64,000 nucleotides of DNA, from positions 2,728,001-2,792,000 of the forward strand of contig JBHGNT010000008.1 of assembly GCA_043228905.1 (NCBI GenBank), in the 5' to 3' direction. Source of the DNA: Azolla caroliniana. Taxonomy: Eukaryota; Plantae; Polypodiophyta. Numbering within the stretch: the first letter of the stretch is position 1; each line of letters begins with the position of its first letter. A model generated the notes under the pieces. The model was not told the DNA's origin, did not search any database, and saw only the letters and a list, made by a program, of their open reading frames with translations. The translations under genes and the position numbers were made by a program. Below, in pieces: positions 15,301-25,863 of this stretch.

Positions 15301-18300
15301 AGGGTACTTTAGCCAGTTTTACTAACTCACATACAATTTTGATTTCTGTTCCCCAAGAAAGACAACATTTTCAGATAATTCTCAAAAGAAGTAGACATCA
15401 GTTTATTTTCCTTCAAGATTTCTGTAAAGAAGCATAATTAACCTTACAAAAGAGTGCAAGTAACTAATATTGAAAAACCTTAGGTTCTGAATTTAACCTT
15501 TCCGTGTAGCCAATTCTGACTCTACAAGGCTTTTACTCAAGTCAGACAGATGTGTCGATGATAAGACCTGCATAGAATTCAGCAATTAGTTATGAGATAA
15601 ATACCTGTTATAAAAAATAACTAATATGTTTCTGTGAAGATGAAAAGAAAAAAATCTCTATGCACTTGAATCTCTGTTATAAAAAACTGATATAGTTCAA
15701 TGAAAATGGAACGATTAAATCTTGTGTATGTGTATGTAAGAAGGAAGCAAATTATTCAAGATACAAGATAGAACTACAGCAATTACGATTCCAAAGGAGG
15801 GTTTACAATGTTTCAAGAAATCTATGCTCACAGAGAAGGTATGTAAAAATAAGGAAGAAGTTTGTCTCTTTACATCCATACAACATAACAATCTTTTTGA
15901 ATAAGAAGCTACACAAAATTGCTCTCATCTGAGGCTTTCTATACAGTACACACACCTTCAAGTCATTGCTTCAAACGTTTGGCATACTAAATTGAACAAC
16001 AATTGTTTGAAGAGGATTATTGAATAATTGGATGTGTCTGAAATGTTAAGGTTTCAAATTACTTGAGTATCTTCGGGCACTCTTGTAGCAGACAACACAC
16101 ATAGTGGGCTTATACACGTTCCATATCCAGTCAGCTATTTCATTTTATACTATCCCTCAGAAGTAGGCCAGACAGAAAAATCTGATGGATTATTGTTCAG
16201 TAAATTTACAATGTGTTTCATAATTATTAACAATAATAATTATACTTCAAGTGTGATCAGATATTTTTTATTTGGAGCTCAACATTACATGTGATAATGA
16301 TTCTCCATCCTGATCTTTTGGGCTATTACTTGCACGTTCTAACTGAGTTAGGTTAAAAAACTCTGCAATTAAAAAATAAAATCCTATTAAAAAAGAGATT
16401 AATAAGATGCGTTCATTTCAGCAAAACAAGTAGGGGTATTCTAGTCATTTTCCAAGCCTTAAAGGTATTCCTGTAAATATTTACAAATTTGCAAGTGTTT
16501 TGTCCCTATTAACTCTCTAGATCCGCTTAATTACCTACAACACCAAAATTACCATTGTTGTATCCTCAATGGGAATAAAATATCCAATAATCCTGTTTGA
16601 CACAAGTAATTAGACCTACAGGGAATAAATTATAAGAATGAACCGCTACCATTATGAACTATTCTGTTTCAATTCCAAGAAATATATAGTTGTGAAAAAG
16701 ATGACATTTAATATATGATTCTGACAATATAAATCACTGGATGGTCTGCAACAATCAGCTACTAAAGAGAAGAAGTGTTGGACAATGGAAGATATAATGG
16801 CTCTAATTTCATGATGATATTGATGTCATGGTTGTGACCCTGGTGCACAAACGTCCATGTGTGACATCCATGACAAAGAAATGGCACAAGATTGTCACAT
16901 TACGTTGTGTGGTGGCAAGAATATGGCATCTATAATGCAATCCCACTGCACATCAAAGAAAACACCAAATGGAGAGAACTTACTAAATACTGAAATTTCA
17001 TCCATGATAAGAGAAATTTCACTAAATAAAGTGAAAGCACATGCACACAAGCGGACTGGAACTGTTTTGGCACAGTGATGAGAAGTAGCTTGGATAAGGA
17101 AATGAAATAGCGAAAAGCTAAAGAAACTGGAACACATAAAGGAAGCTGAAAAATCGTTCATCTGTATGACCTCAGTTTTTTATGGGTAGGGATTTACACA
17201 ACTACATAACCCTTCAAATAGGGGGTTTAAACCTACACACTTGTCCACCTTCCACACACTTTATATACAGTGGCTATGGAGATCTCATATGTGATGATAG
17301 CACTAACAATGTGGTGACTGCCGTTGCTGCACCTAGCGGTTTCTTAAAAGGACCAAAACTTACAACATTCTTTAGCAGACCTGTATAGAAACTGTATTCT
17401 GAAAAGCTTGAAATGTCTCCTTTGTAAACTATCGCCCATCCTTCAATAATGTGTTGCTAAGGATGGTTACAGGGCATGATGCATGTGGAATCTGTAGCAT
17501 GTTTCACCAACTTGCTGATTTCAAATAGGGTGAGTATCCCTAAACTCTAATTGCCTAAATGAGACCCCCGCACTCTAATCCCTAAATTCAAATAAAATGC
17601 GTTTAAGACTGCCCCCTGAATTCTAGTCTCCTAAATCAGACCCCCCCAAACTCTAATCCCAAACTTAAGACCACTCACTATGATTAATTTGTCTCTATGC
17701 AATGTTTTTTAATTGCCTCTGTGACTAATGCTTCAAATATGGTTAAGATTATTTAGTCATAACATGTCTCTGGAAGTACTCGTGGTCAAATTTCCTCATT
17801 TTCCAATCCATATGTTAGTGGTTAAGTATTTTCGGAGTAGATATAACACAGACATCTAAATTCTGATAAAACAAGAATTTAAAATGTTTTATGATAGATA
17901 TGGTTTTTACCATGTAAACTGTTCCATTTCTGAAAACACTATAAAATGTATACAGAAAGTAAAAATAGATTGCGATTGTGATTTTTGCTAGAATAATTTT
18001 TATATGATTTTATGCATTAATTGCAATTTAACAAAACAAATTCAAATCTCAACATCAAACTATGCCACCACTCAATAGAATTCTCTATGGAACAGAGCAC
18101 CCAATGGAATATTCTCTATATAAAATGGAACAGCCAATAATTAAAAAACATGATAGCATTCTCTACGAACCTTACCAATGAATGCTTTTGGCTTTCCAAA
18201 TGATAACATGTTCATGCATAAATGCTGTTGAACAGGAATAGATGTGCATGTAAGGCCATTCGCCATCTTCATAGCCTCATGTTTAAGCTGTTAAAGTATT

Positions 18301-20019
18301 CATTATAAGCATCAACAAATGTATAGCAAATTTCCCAAAAATGAAGAAAAATATGCTCCATTCTTTTTAGTTGCATTCAGATTGCTAACAAGTAACTCTA
18401 TATAATGAAAAATGAGCAAAGTACATGCCTGGTACTGCAGACAATGGATGGCTTTTTTATAAGAAATTCCTCTAAAATACAGTGTCTATGGAAGATTTCT
18501 TGAAATCCGTTTGAATGCTCTTATAACTTGCGATGTTCTCAAATCTCTATGTCTATCTTCTTAATTTTTCTGAATCCTATGGACAATTTATTTTTTCCCT
18601 CTTCCATGAGTTCACAAACCTCTATCATTAGTATGATGTCCCATTGAGATCATTTGACCATTAGGGTTTCTTATGTCTACTTGAGTAGTTGGATTTCATA
18701 ATTTGAAAATTCTCTAAGCATTGGATATTGCTCGAGCGATGTCTACTTTCCTGTATTTGGGGTGACACATCTTTGGTATGGCTGCAAGCCACCATGAAAA
18801 CTTGCCCTCATTGAGCATATCTTAATATTCTTACCAATTCCGTTTTCATTTTCAGATATCCTTCACCCAACTGAACAAACAAACTTACTTTTGTGGCTCC
18901 TGTGCGCTATGCTGCATTCACATATTTCTAAGTAGTTCTCTTAGGGAAGGAAGTTTCAAAAGCGGAAGACAGAGACTTCAGGTATATACATGCATGGGAT
19001 CAGGAAGGGCCGTAGAATTTTTGAAGTAAATCAATGTTTTGGTGGTTCCCCTTTTTCCTTTCTGTTTCTATTGTTTTGGCAGCATGGTCCTAAGGCTTTA
19101 GTCTGGACTCTGAATCAAGTTTGTTGGATGCCGGCAGAGCGCATATCATTGGTCGCAAAAATTGTCGGGCAGATGATGACTTGTTGAGTCGAGTCATGTG
19201 GTATAGAGTCATTGGTCACAAGCTCTTTACGTGATGGTATTGCAGTGATGGGACTTTGACAGGTGAGATGGAATAGAGAAATGAATGCACGCAACTAGAC
19301 AAGGACCACCTTTACTTGAAAAATAAGATGCTAGTTTACTTCTAAAAATATTATGGATAAGGCAGAAAGCCTCGCTCTTCATGGCAATACTTATGTATCT
19401 GGTACCTTGTGTAATTCAATCAACAAGTAGTTTCCTTCACATGCCTTTACCTCTTATCCTGATTTCCTCTCATGCCTTATGAGTTGGAAGTTTTTGGGGC
19501 AACTTCATATGAAGTTATGGAAACATGTATGATACTTCCCTACGGTGAGAATGTTGTTGCTTATATAGATAGGTTCATTGAGAAACTCTTGGAATGCTAG
19601 TAAAGATGAGGTATCTAATAAGAGCTTATTCATTCCTATTTTTGTCAATTCTAACATTTGTGATGAATCTATTGATTACAATCATATATTTTTCAAGCAA
19701 CCGATGGTAGTAAAAATCTTATTTACGGTCTAATCCTTTTTGCCTAAAAATGGAAAATTGATGGAAAACCGCGCACATCTCTATAACATTTAAAGATGGA
19801 GATTGGGAATATCAGGGGCCAAAAGCCTACCATATCTCGCACATCATCTTTCAGTTTTCGCTTGAGTTCGGCGTGTTTGCTGAGGCGACATTGCATCTGT
19901 GACTTGATCGGCTTCTCGAGCCTCTAAACCAAAAAAAAAAACGAGAAAGAACAAACGCATAAGTTCAAGATTCTCTACTAAGGGAGGGAAGGTCGACGAA
20001 AGGAGAGGCACAGGCACAG

Positions 20020-20050
<31 letters not shown>

Positions 20051-20177
20051 CCTGAGAGGCAGCGAGCAAATTTGCGGTGATGGCGGCTTGTTGTGATGCA
20101 ATATCGAGCGTGTTGGATTGGAGCGATGGCCTGGGCTCCATCTGCTGCTGCTGCTTCTCCTCCACCGTCGTCTCCAT
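6364..20177 (-). CDS. TTC29: TPR protein similar to TTC29 / Chlamydomonas p44 (inner-arm dynein d-associated), ~421 aa, 11 exons
   Basis: Phase-consistent GT-AG exons: 20052-20177, 19831-19923, 18176-18287, 15787-15821, 15498-15567, 13931-14073, 13541-13681, 13010-13081, 8718-8870, 8071-8196, 6364-6558 (1266 nt, no internal stop). The N-terminal LCMNMLSFGKPKAFIDF motif is followed by serial TPRs (QSKAYGALAKTHEHMGNIELAIQHLE; AIACCKLGMMYKNQSLYEKALGYFEMFF; ARLNLA). The family call is from recalled motifs, and the first two exons are less certain. Confidence 0.75.
9874..10526 (+). mobile_element. Probable degenerate solo LTR in a TTC29-like intron
   Basis: TG...CA ends, a cctataaata TATA box (~10211) and a purine-rich R-like region. 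Its 3' end (gagcagagatcccat) is also present at ~9772. The TSD is imperfect (catac/cttat). Confidence 0.4.
10530..11700 (+). mobile_element. Degenerate RTE-type LINE reverse-transcriptase fragment
   Basis: Frameshifted RT motifs: TILDHLLTLQALI, YCCFVDFGKA, GIKQGCTLSCTLLGLYI, LLYAKDIV, NLDKTEVMVF. Confidence 0.75.
12143..12363. repeat. Near-perfect foldback inverted repeat (~103-bp arms, 15-nt loop), MITE-like
   Basis: 12143-12245 is the reverse complement of 12261-12363 with about 2 mismatches. Confidence 0.92.
14664..14930 (+). mobile_element. Short solo LTR (267 bp)
   Basis: TG...CA ends (tgttagg...cccatca), a perfect 5-bp TSD AATAT (14659-14663 and 14931-14935), and an internal TATATA box. 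Confidence 0.75.
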
Positions 20178-20312
20178 GAAGAAGAAGAAGAAGAAGAATT
20201 TGTTCGGATTCCTGAACAACCGTTCCGTTGGAACCCAAAAACCTTCAGTTTTCCATGGATTTGGATGGGTACAACTCCACATACATACATACATACATAT
20301 ATGATTTTAATA

Positions 20313-20718
20313 ACAATCGGCAACGGTTCGGTTTGAACTGAACCGAACCGAACCGTGAAACCACGGCTTAACTGTTAAAATAGTTCGGTTCGGTTCGGTT
20401 CAGGTTTAGGTTTTTTTTTACGGTTCTGTTCGGTTTCAACTGTTAGAAACCGTAGTTTTAACGGTTTAACGGTTTTTGTTTTTAAACAATCTTTTCATTT
20501 TTAGACCTTATTCTCACATTTTTAGGAACATCTTTAAAATTTAAAAATAATGAAATATTGTAATTTTTTACCTAAGTTGAAAACCGAAACTGAACCACGA
20601 AACCGCAGTTTTAACGGTTTGAATTTTTTTAACGGTTTCGTGGTTCGGTTCAAGTTTCAAAAAAAATTAATGGTTCGGTTTTGACCCTCTCAAACTGAAC
20701 CGAACTGTTGCCGATTGT
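20313..20718. mobile_element. MITE / non-autonomous DNA transposon with AACCG/CGGTT subterminal repeats
   Basis: TIRs ACAATCGGCAACGGTTCGGTT and AACCGAACTGTTGCCGATTGT are flanked by TA on both sides, with many aaccg/cggtt motifs inside. It lies ~135 bp upstream of the TTC29-like ATG. Confidence 0.8.
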
Positions 20719-20818
20719 TACATACATACGCTCGTGTCTAACTACTACCAAATATTCAAGAGGGCAAGTGAGGGAATTGCAGGCACGAACGGTGCAGGTC
20801 GCTCAACCGAGGGTGCGT

Positions 20819-21591
20819 TGTCGTGAAGAATTTCGGCCAGAGGCGGAAACCGGGAAACATTGGCTACCTCGGCGGGGTGCAGCGTGTGTACGCACCCATG
20901 TACATTTAGTGTGAATATCGAGGGCGCCTTTATGGCGCCGAAGAGTAGTCAAGTCGGGGCAGACGATCCCATGTAAGGCGGGATTTGTCCCACATTGTAA
21001 CGCATCCCTTTCCTTGTTCTATAAAAGGAAGGGAAAGCCCTTTGTGAAAAGGGTTGCCCATTTTGCATTCGAGGGTATACCGTTAGGTTTAGAGTTAAGT
21101 TCTTCTTCTTCTCCCCGTTCGTGTTTTGCTTAGGGTTCGCTTTGGTTCGGCCTCCTGTGAAAGACCCCGCTCGGCGTGACGAGTTGAGAGCTCCCCGACG
21201 GCGGCTTGGCAGCAAACAACTACTGTAACCTACCTCAGTCCGGCTCGAAGCCGGGAATGTATTCTTCTTATATATATATACATATACGTTTGCGTCTGTC
21301 TGTGTATATTGGCGTCTTTGTTGGTGTCGGGTGCTTCCCCCCCCTTCCTGCGTTTCTTGTACATGAGGGCGTGAGCTGTGCGTGCGTGCGTGCGTGTGTG
21401 TGTGTGTGTGTGCGCGCGAGTCGGTGTCAAGCGCGCACTCCCTCTCTTTCTCTCTCTCTCTTCGGTTGCTTCCGGCGTGCTTTTGGGATGCCCCGGAAAC
21501 GGTGAAGTGCGACTTCCTACGCTCCGTCGCTCCCTAGTCCAAGACCCCCGTGGTCCCGCCTTTCTCCACGCACACGCGTAACAACGCGACA
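20819..21591 (+). repeat. 5' LTR
   Basis: Direct repeat of 25087-25863 with TG/CA ends and an internal tataaaag. Confidence 0.95.
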
Positions 21592-21595
21592 TCTT

Positions 21596-21613
21596 TGGTG
21601 AACCCGACGTGAA
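21596..21613 (+). promoter_or_regulatory. Primer-binding site complementary to the 3' end of tRNA-Trp
   Basis: TGGTGAACCCGACGTGAA is the reverse complement of the plant cytosolic tRNA-Trp 3' end (TTCACGTCGGGTTCA-CCA) as I recall it. It starts 4 nt after the 5' LTR. Confidence 0.85.
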
Positions 21614-21628
21614 AGGCGGCAAGGGAGG

Positions 21629-23068
21629 ATGGAGTCGGAAGACGACAACCTTGCGGAGATGGTGGCCGAAGTGGTGTTGGAGTCGACACGAGTGGTGATG
21701 AGGCGAGAAGCAGCGCAACAAGCGGTTGAGCGAGTGGTCGAAAGAGTCGGCCGTTTCAACGGGGACAAAGTCCCATCTTACTTGGAAGCCTACAACGCGG
21801 AAATGGAGGAGCGTGGTGTAGACGAGGCGTTGAGGCTGGAGTTCTTCTGTCGGGTCGTGGCTGTCCGGATGCATGCGGAAGTAAAGGAGCTCCGTGAGGC
21901 TCATAGTTCGTGGGAGGCCTTCGAAGAGGCGCTCCTGAAGGCATACGGAGGACGGCAAAAGAGCCGGGGACGACACGACTTTGACCAGTGGGTAGCATCG
22001 GCAAAGACCCACCGGGGCGCGACCAAGGTGTTCCGAGAGTTCGAGCGATGGCTTGCTCGGCTCCCGGAGCGGGAACAAGGTTTGGTGGGGGCGGACAAGG
22101 TCCTATTGTTTGTCAGGTCGATCGACCGAATGGAACGGGAGGCCATCGGGATTGAGCTCGAAGACGATGATGGAGCGAATGGGCTTACGGAGGACTGGTC
22201 GAAGGTCGGAAGGGTGTGCCAACAGCTAGACAACGAGCGAGCCAAGAAGGCTAAGAGGAAGGTACGCGACGGCGTGCCATCACAGCGGGAAGAGGCCGAA
22301 CGGCAGAGAGAGTCGGCAAGGGTAGGCGTTGGGGCCAGGATTGCGGAGGCGTACGCAGCTCTCGAGGCGATGCTCGAGGAAGAGGAAAGACGGAGGCCGC
22401 AAGCCAAGACTGAGAAGACGTACTTGCCCCGCGCGACGGCGGAAGATCAGTACGACGGTACCACGGGAGAGGGTGCGGAACGAAACGCCCTCTCGACTTG
22501 CGGAGATAGAACGGCCAAGGACGAGGCCGAGATACAGATCGCGGAACCGGAACGTTGGGACCAGCGGTTTCGGGCGTGTCGGCCCGAGATCCCGGTCATG
22601 GGAGAAGCAAGCCCAGACGGGGCTTGCGCGATCGGTAAGAAGACGACCGCCGACCACGAAGAGTCAGTGGCTACGGACAAGGGCGTAAAACGGACGGGCG
22701 ATTCTTTGTGTCTTCCCACACTTGCTCCCGGGACGATGGTAGTCGGGCCCAAGTGCCCACGTGAGTCCCAAGCGGAGGAAGGCGGCGGCGAAAGGCCGAG
22801 AATCACCGGCGAGACAATACGGGGAAGGAATGGACGAAAGCCCACGGACCCGATTCTGGAGAACTCGGCATTCGGGCCCGTATACCCATGTAAGACCGAG
22901 GAGATGGATAGCAGTACTAAGGAGTCCTGGCACGATGCCAGCGAAGTCGGATGGGAAACGGCCCGCGAGGAAGCCGAGGACGGACACGGCACGAGGGGAT
23001 CGGCATTCCAATACAGGTGGAGCGTGATCCGGTCGTGGATCGTTCGATCGGGGCCAGATTCGGCGTGA
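21629..23068 (+). CDS. Retrotransposon gag-like protein (479 aa)
   Basis: The ORF starts just after the PBS. The N-terminal ~250 aa are capsid-like (RFNGDKVPSYLEAY...WEAFEEALLKAYG), followed by a low-complexity charged C-terminal part. Confidence 0.8.
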   Translation: MESEDDNLAEMVAEVVLESTRVVMRREAAQQAVERVVERVGRFNGDKVPSYLEAYNAEMEERGVDEALRLEFFCRVVAVRMHAEVKELREAHSSWEAFEEALLKAYGGRQKSRGRHDFDQWVASAKTHRGATKVFREFERWLARLPEREQGLVGADKVLLFVRSIDRMEREAIGIELEDDDGANGLTEDWSKVGRVCQQLDNERAKKAKRKVRDGVPSQREEAERQRESARVGVGARIAEAYAALEAMLEEEERRRPQAKTEKTYLPRATAEDQYDGTTGEGAERNALSTCGDRTAKDEAEIQIAEPERWDQRFRACRPEIPVMGEASPDGACAIGKKTTADHEESVATDKGVKRTGDSLCLPTLAPGTMVVGPKCPRESQAEEGGGERPRITGETIRGRNGRKPTDPILENSAFGPVYPCKTEEMDSSTKESWHDASEVGWETAREEAEDGHGTRGSAFQYRWSVIRSWIVRSGPDSA

Positions 23069-23470
23069 AAGTGTCGATACGGAAGGGGGTGCGGGACGAG
23101 CCACCCTCTTTTACATGGGGAGAAAGACCGACCGGGCGAAGGTCGAGAGTTGGGAAGAGAATGAAAGCCGGTCCTATGGGATTCCTTACACCGATCCGGC
23201 TGCAGGCCCGAGTGCTGGAGTGAGTCCGACAAGAGAGTCAGTGGCAACAGAAGAACGGGACCCGACAATCCGTAGAAGGACGAACGGACCCGGACGAGAA
23301 CCGGGCGGAGCGGACTCCCTGATGACCATTCCGGGAGGGAGGAAGAGAGCTGGCCTACGAAGAGGCCGAGGACACGGTACGTCGGTACCACGGGAGAGGG
23401 TGCGTAGTAAACCGCCCTCTCGGCATGCGGAAAAGGACGACCCGAGACAGGGTCGGGAAGACAAATCGGA

Positions 23471-23800
23471 GGTCTACGGAGGATCCTTCACACCGGTTCT
23501 AGAGACTTCGACAATCGGCAACGCGGTCGACGTAAGACCAAGATACCGACGGTGGCGGCGAGGTGACGAAGACAAAAGGGGCGGTCTACAAAGGATCCTT
23601 CACACCGGTTCTAGAGACTTCGGCAGTCGGCAACACGGTCGACGTAAGACCAAGATACTGACGGTGGCGGCGAGGTGACGAAGACAAAAGGGGCGGTCTA
23701 CAGAGGATCCTTCACACCGGTTCTAGAGACTTCGGCAGTCAGCAACGCGGTCGACGTAAGACCAAGATACTGACGGTGGCGGCGAGGTGACGAAGGCAAT
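23471..23800. repeat. 112-bp GC-rich tandem repeat (3 copies) inside the LTR element, with further diverged copies
   Basis: ggatccttcacaccggttctagagacttcg occurs at 23481, 23593 and 23705. Diverged copies lie near 23179, 23826, 24010, 24371 and 24728. Confidence 0.9.
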
Positions 23801-25086
23801 GGGCGTAAGGAAGTCCGGTCCTAAGGGATCCCCACACTTAACCGGAGACTCCGGCTGTTCGGCCAACGGGGCAACGTAAGACCGAGGGAGAAGGAAGGTG
23901 GCGGCGAGAAACTGGACCCGACTACGCAGAAGACACGAGGAGAGTCCGGGAGGGACTCAAACAAAGACACCCGAATTTCACCAAGCATAGAAACGGAGTC
24001 CGGTCCTATGGGACCCTCACACCGATCCGGAGACCCCGGTTGTTCGGCCAACGTGGCAACATAAGACCGAGGGAGAAGGACGGTGGCGGTAGGGAACAAG
24101 ACCCGACGACACGAGGTTTCGGAAGGAGCCGGTAGGGGCAAACACGGGGAGGTGTGTCAGGCCGGAAAGGCACACCTGGGACAGAACAAGAGTCTCGCAA
24201 GTGGCCATCGCGGGTCGGATCGAAGCGTGACTACAGGACGGTGTTCGGCGCGGGTGGGGCCGAACAAAGGAAGCGGAAGACGACACAAGGGAGGTGCCGG
24301 GAACGAGGTGACGAGTGCCTAGTGGACCGCACAAGGTCGGAGTCAGGGGATGGCAAGAGAGGCCGGAGGAGGATCCTCCACACTCGCTTCGTAGATCTCG
24401 ATAGTTCCGTCGAAGTAGCGAAGATTGACACGGCGAGCCCGGGGTGACAAGCTGGTGGGGGCGAGGGGACGACGGCAAGAGGAAGACTCAGGACCTATTG
24501 CGGCAGCACGAAGACGGGAAGGGCCAAGCGGGCTACTACGGGGTGTTCCTCGGATGCAAAGGACACCGGTATGCGGGTGAGCGGCGATGCACGATCTGGC
24601 CGGGAAAGGGGCCGACGAGGCGTGCAATGAACCGGGGTACGGCACAGGCAGTGCCAAACAACGGTCGAGGGTATGTGGCACACGGAGGTGCCGGAGCGGG
24701 AAGGCGAGCGCGGTGAAGGCCGAAAAGGGATCCTCCACACTATTTCGGAGACCATGGCGGTTCGAGCCGACACGGCGACGTAAGACCATGGAGAAGGAAG
24801 GTGGCGGCGGGAGGACGTCGGGCATACGGCGGGAAGCGGGGCGTTCATACGGCCGAACAAGGGCCACGGAAGTACGCGTACTACGGAGATCGCGGCAGAG
24901 GACCCATCGACGGGTCGAACGAGCCTACGGGGAGGCGAGCGCGAAGGAAGACTCGAAGCCGACGGATCAAACCGGCAGCAAGCCGAGATGCGGATCACGG
25001 GAGACCGGTTTCTCACCAGCCGAAATCTCTCACCCTTCAACCAGATTTGGCACCTACCGGTGGACGTGCAGTTAGGTGGGGGCGGA

Positions 25087-25863
25087 TGTCGTGAAGAATT
25101 TCGGCCAGAGGTGGAAACCGGGAAACATTGGCTACCTCGGCGGGGTGCAACGTGTGTACACACCCATGTACATTTAGTGTGAATATCGAGGGCGCCTTTA
25201 TGGCGCCGAAGAGTAGTCAAGTCGGGGCAGACGATCCCATGTAAGGCGGGATTTGTCCCACATTGTAACGCATCCCTTTCCTTGTTCTATAAAAGGAAGG
25301 GAACGCCCTTTGTGAAAAGGGTTGCCCATTTTGCATTCGAGGGTATACCGTTAGGTTTAGAGTTAGGTTCTTCTTCTTCTCCCCGTTCGTGTTTTGCTTA
25401 GGGTTCGCTTTGGTTCGGCCTCCTGTGCAAGACCCCGCTCGGCGCGACGAGCTGAGAGCTCCCCGACGGCGGCTTGGCAGCAGACGACTACTGTAACCTA
25501 CCTCAGTCCGGCTCGAAGCCGGGAATGTATTCTTCTTATATATATATACATATACGTTTGCGTCTGTCTGTGTATATTGGCGTCTTTGTTGGTGTCGGGT
25601 GCTTCCCCCCCCTTCCTGCGTTTCCTGTACATGAGGGCGTGAGCTGTGTGTGTGTGCGTGCGTGCGTGTGTGTGTGTGTGTGCGCGCGAGTCGGTGTCAA
25701 GCGCGCGCTCCCTCTCTTTCTCTCTCTCTCTCTTCGGTTGCTTCCGGCGTGCTTCTGGGATGCCCCGAAAACGGTGAAGTGCGACTTCCTACGCTCCGTC
25801 GCTCCCTAGTCCAAGACCCTTGTGGTCCCGCCTTTTTCCACGCACACGCGTAACAACGTGACA
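25087..25863 (+). repeat. 3' LTR
   Basis: Direct repeat of 20819-21591, preceded by the PPT. Confidence 0.95.

Larger units (their letters stand above)
20819..25863 (+). mobile_element. Non-autonomous, gag-only Ty3/gypsy-like LTR retrotransposon
   Basis: LTRs 20819-21591 and 25087-25863 (TG...CA, about 97-98% identical by eye), PBS at 21596-21613, PPT aggtgggggcgga immediately before the 3' LTR, and a gag-like ORF. No RT, RNase H or integrase motifs were recognised. Confidence 0.93.

Noticed and set aside
23471-23800. Regularly spaced repeats resembling a CRISPR array
   Set aside because: The whole 112-bp unit repeats with no unique spacers, there are no cas genes, and the context is a eukaryotic LTR element.
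21230-25220. Numerous overlapping ORFs on both strands inside the LTR element
   Set aside because: Expected in GC-rich, stop-poor sequence. Only 21629-23068 shows protein-family character.
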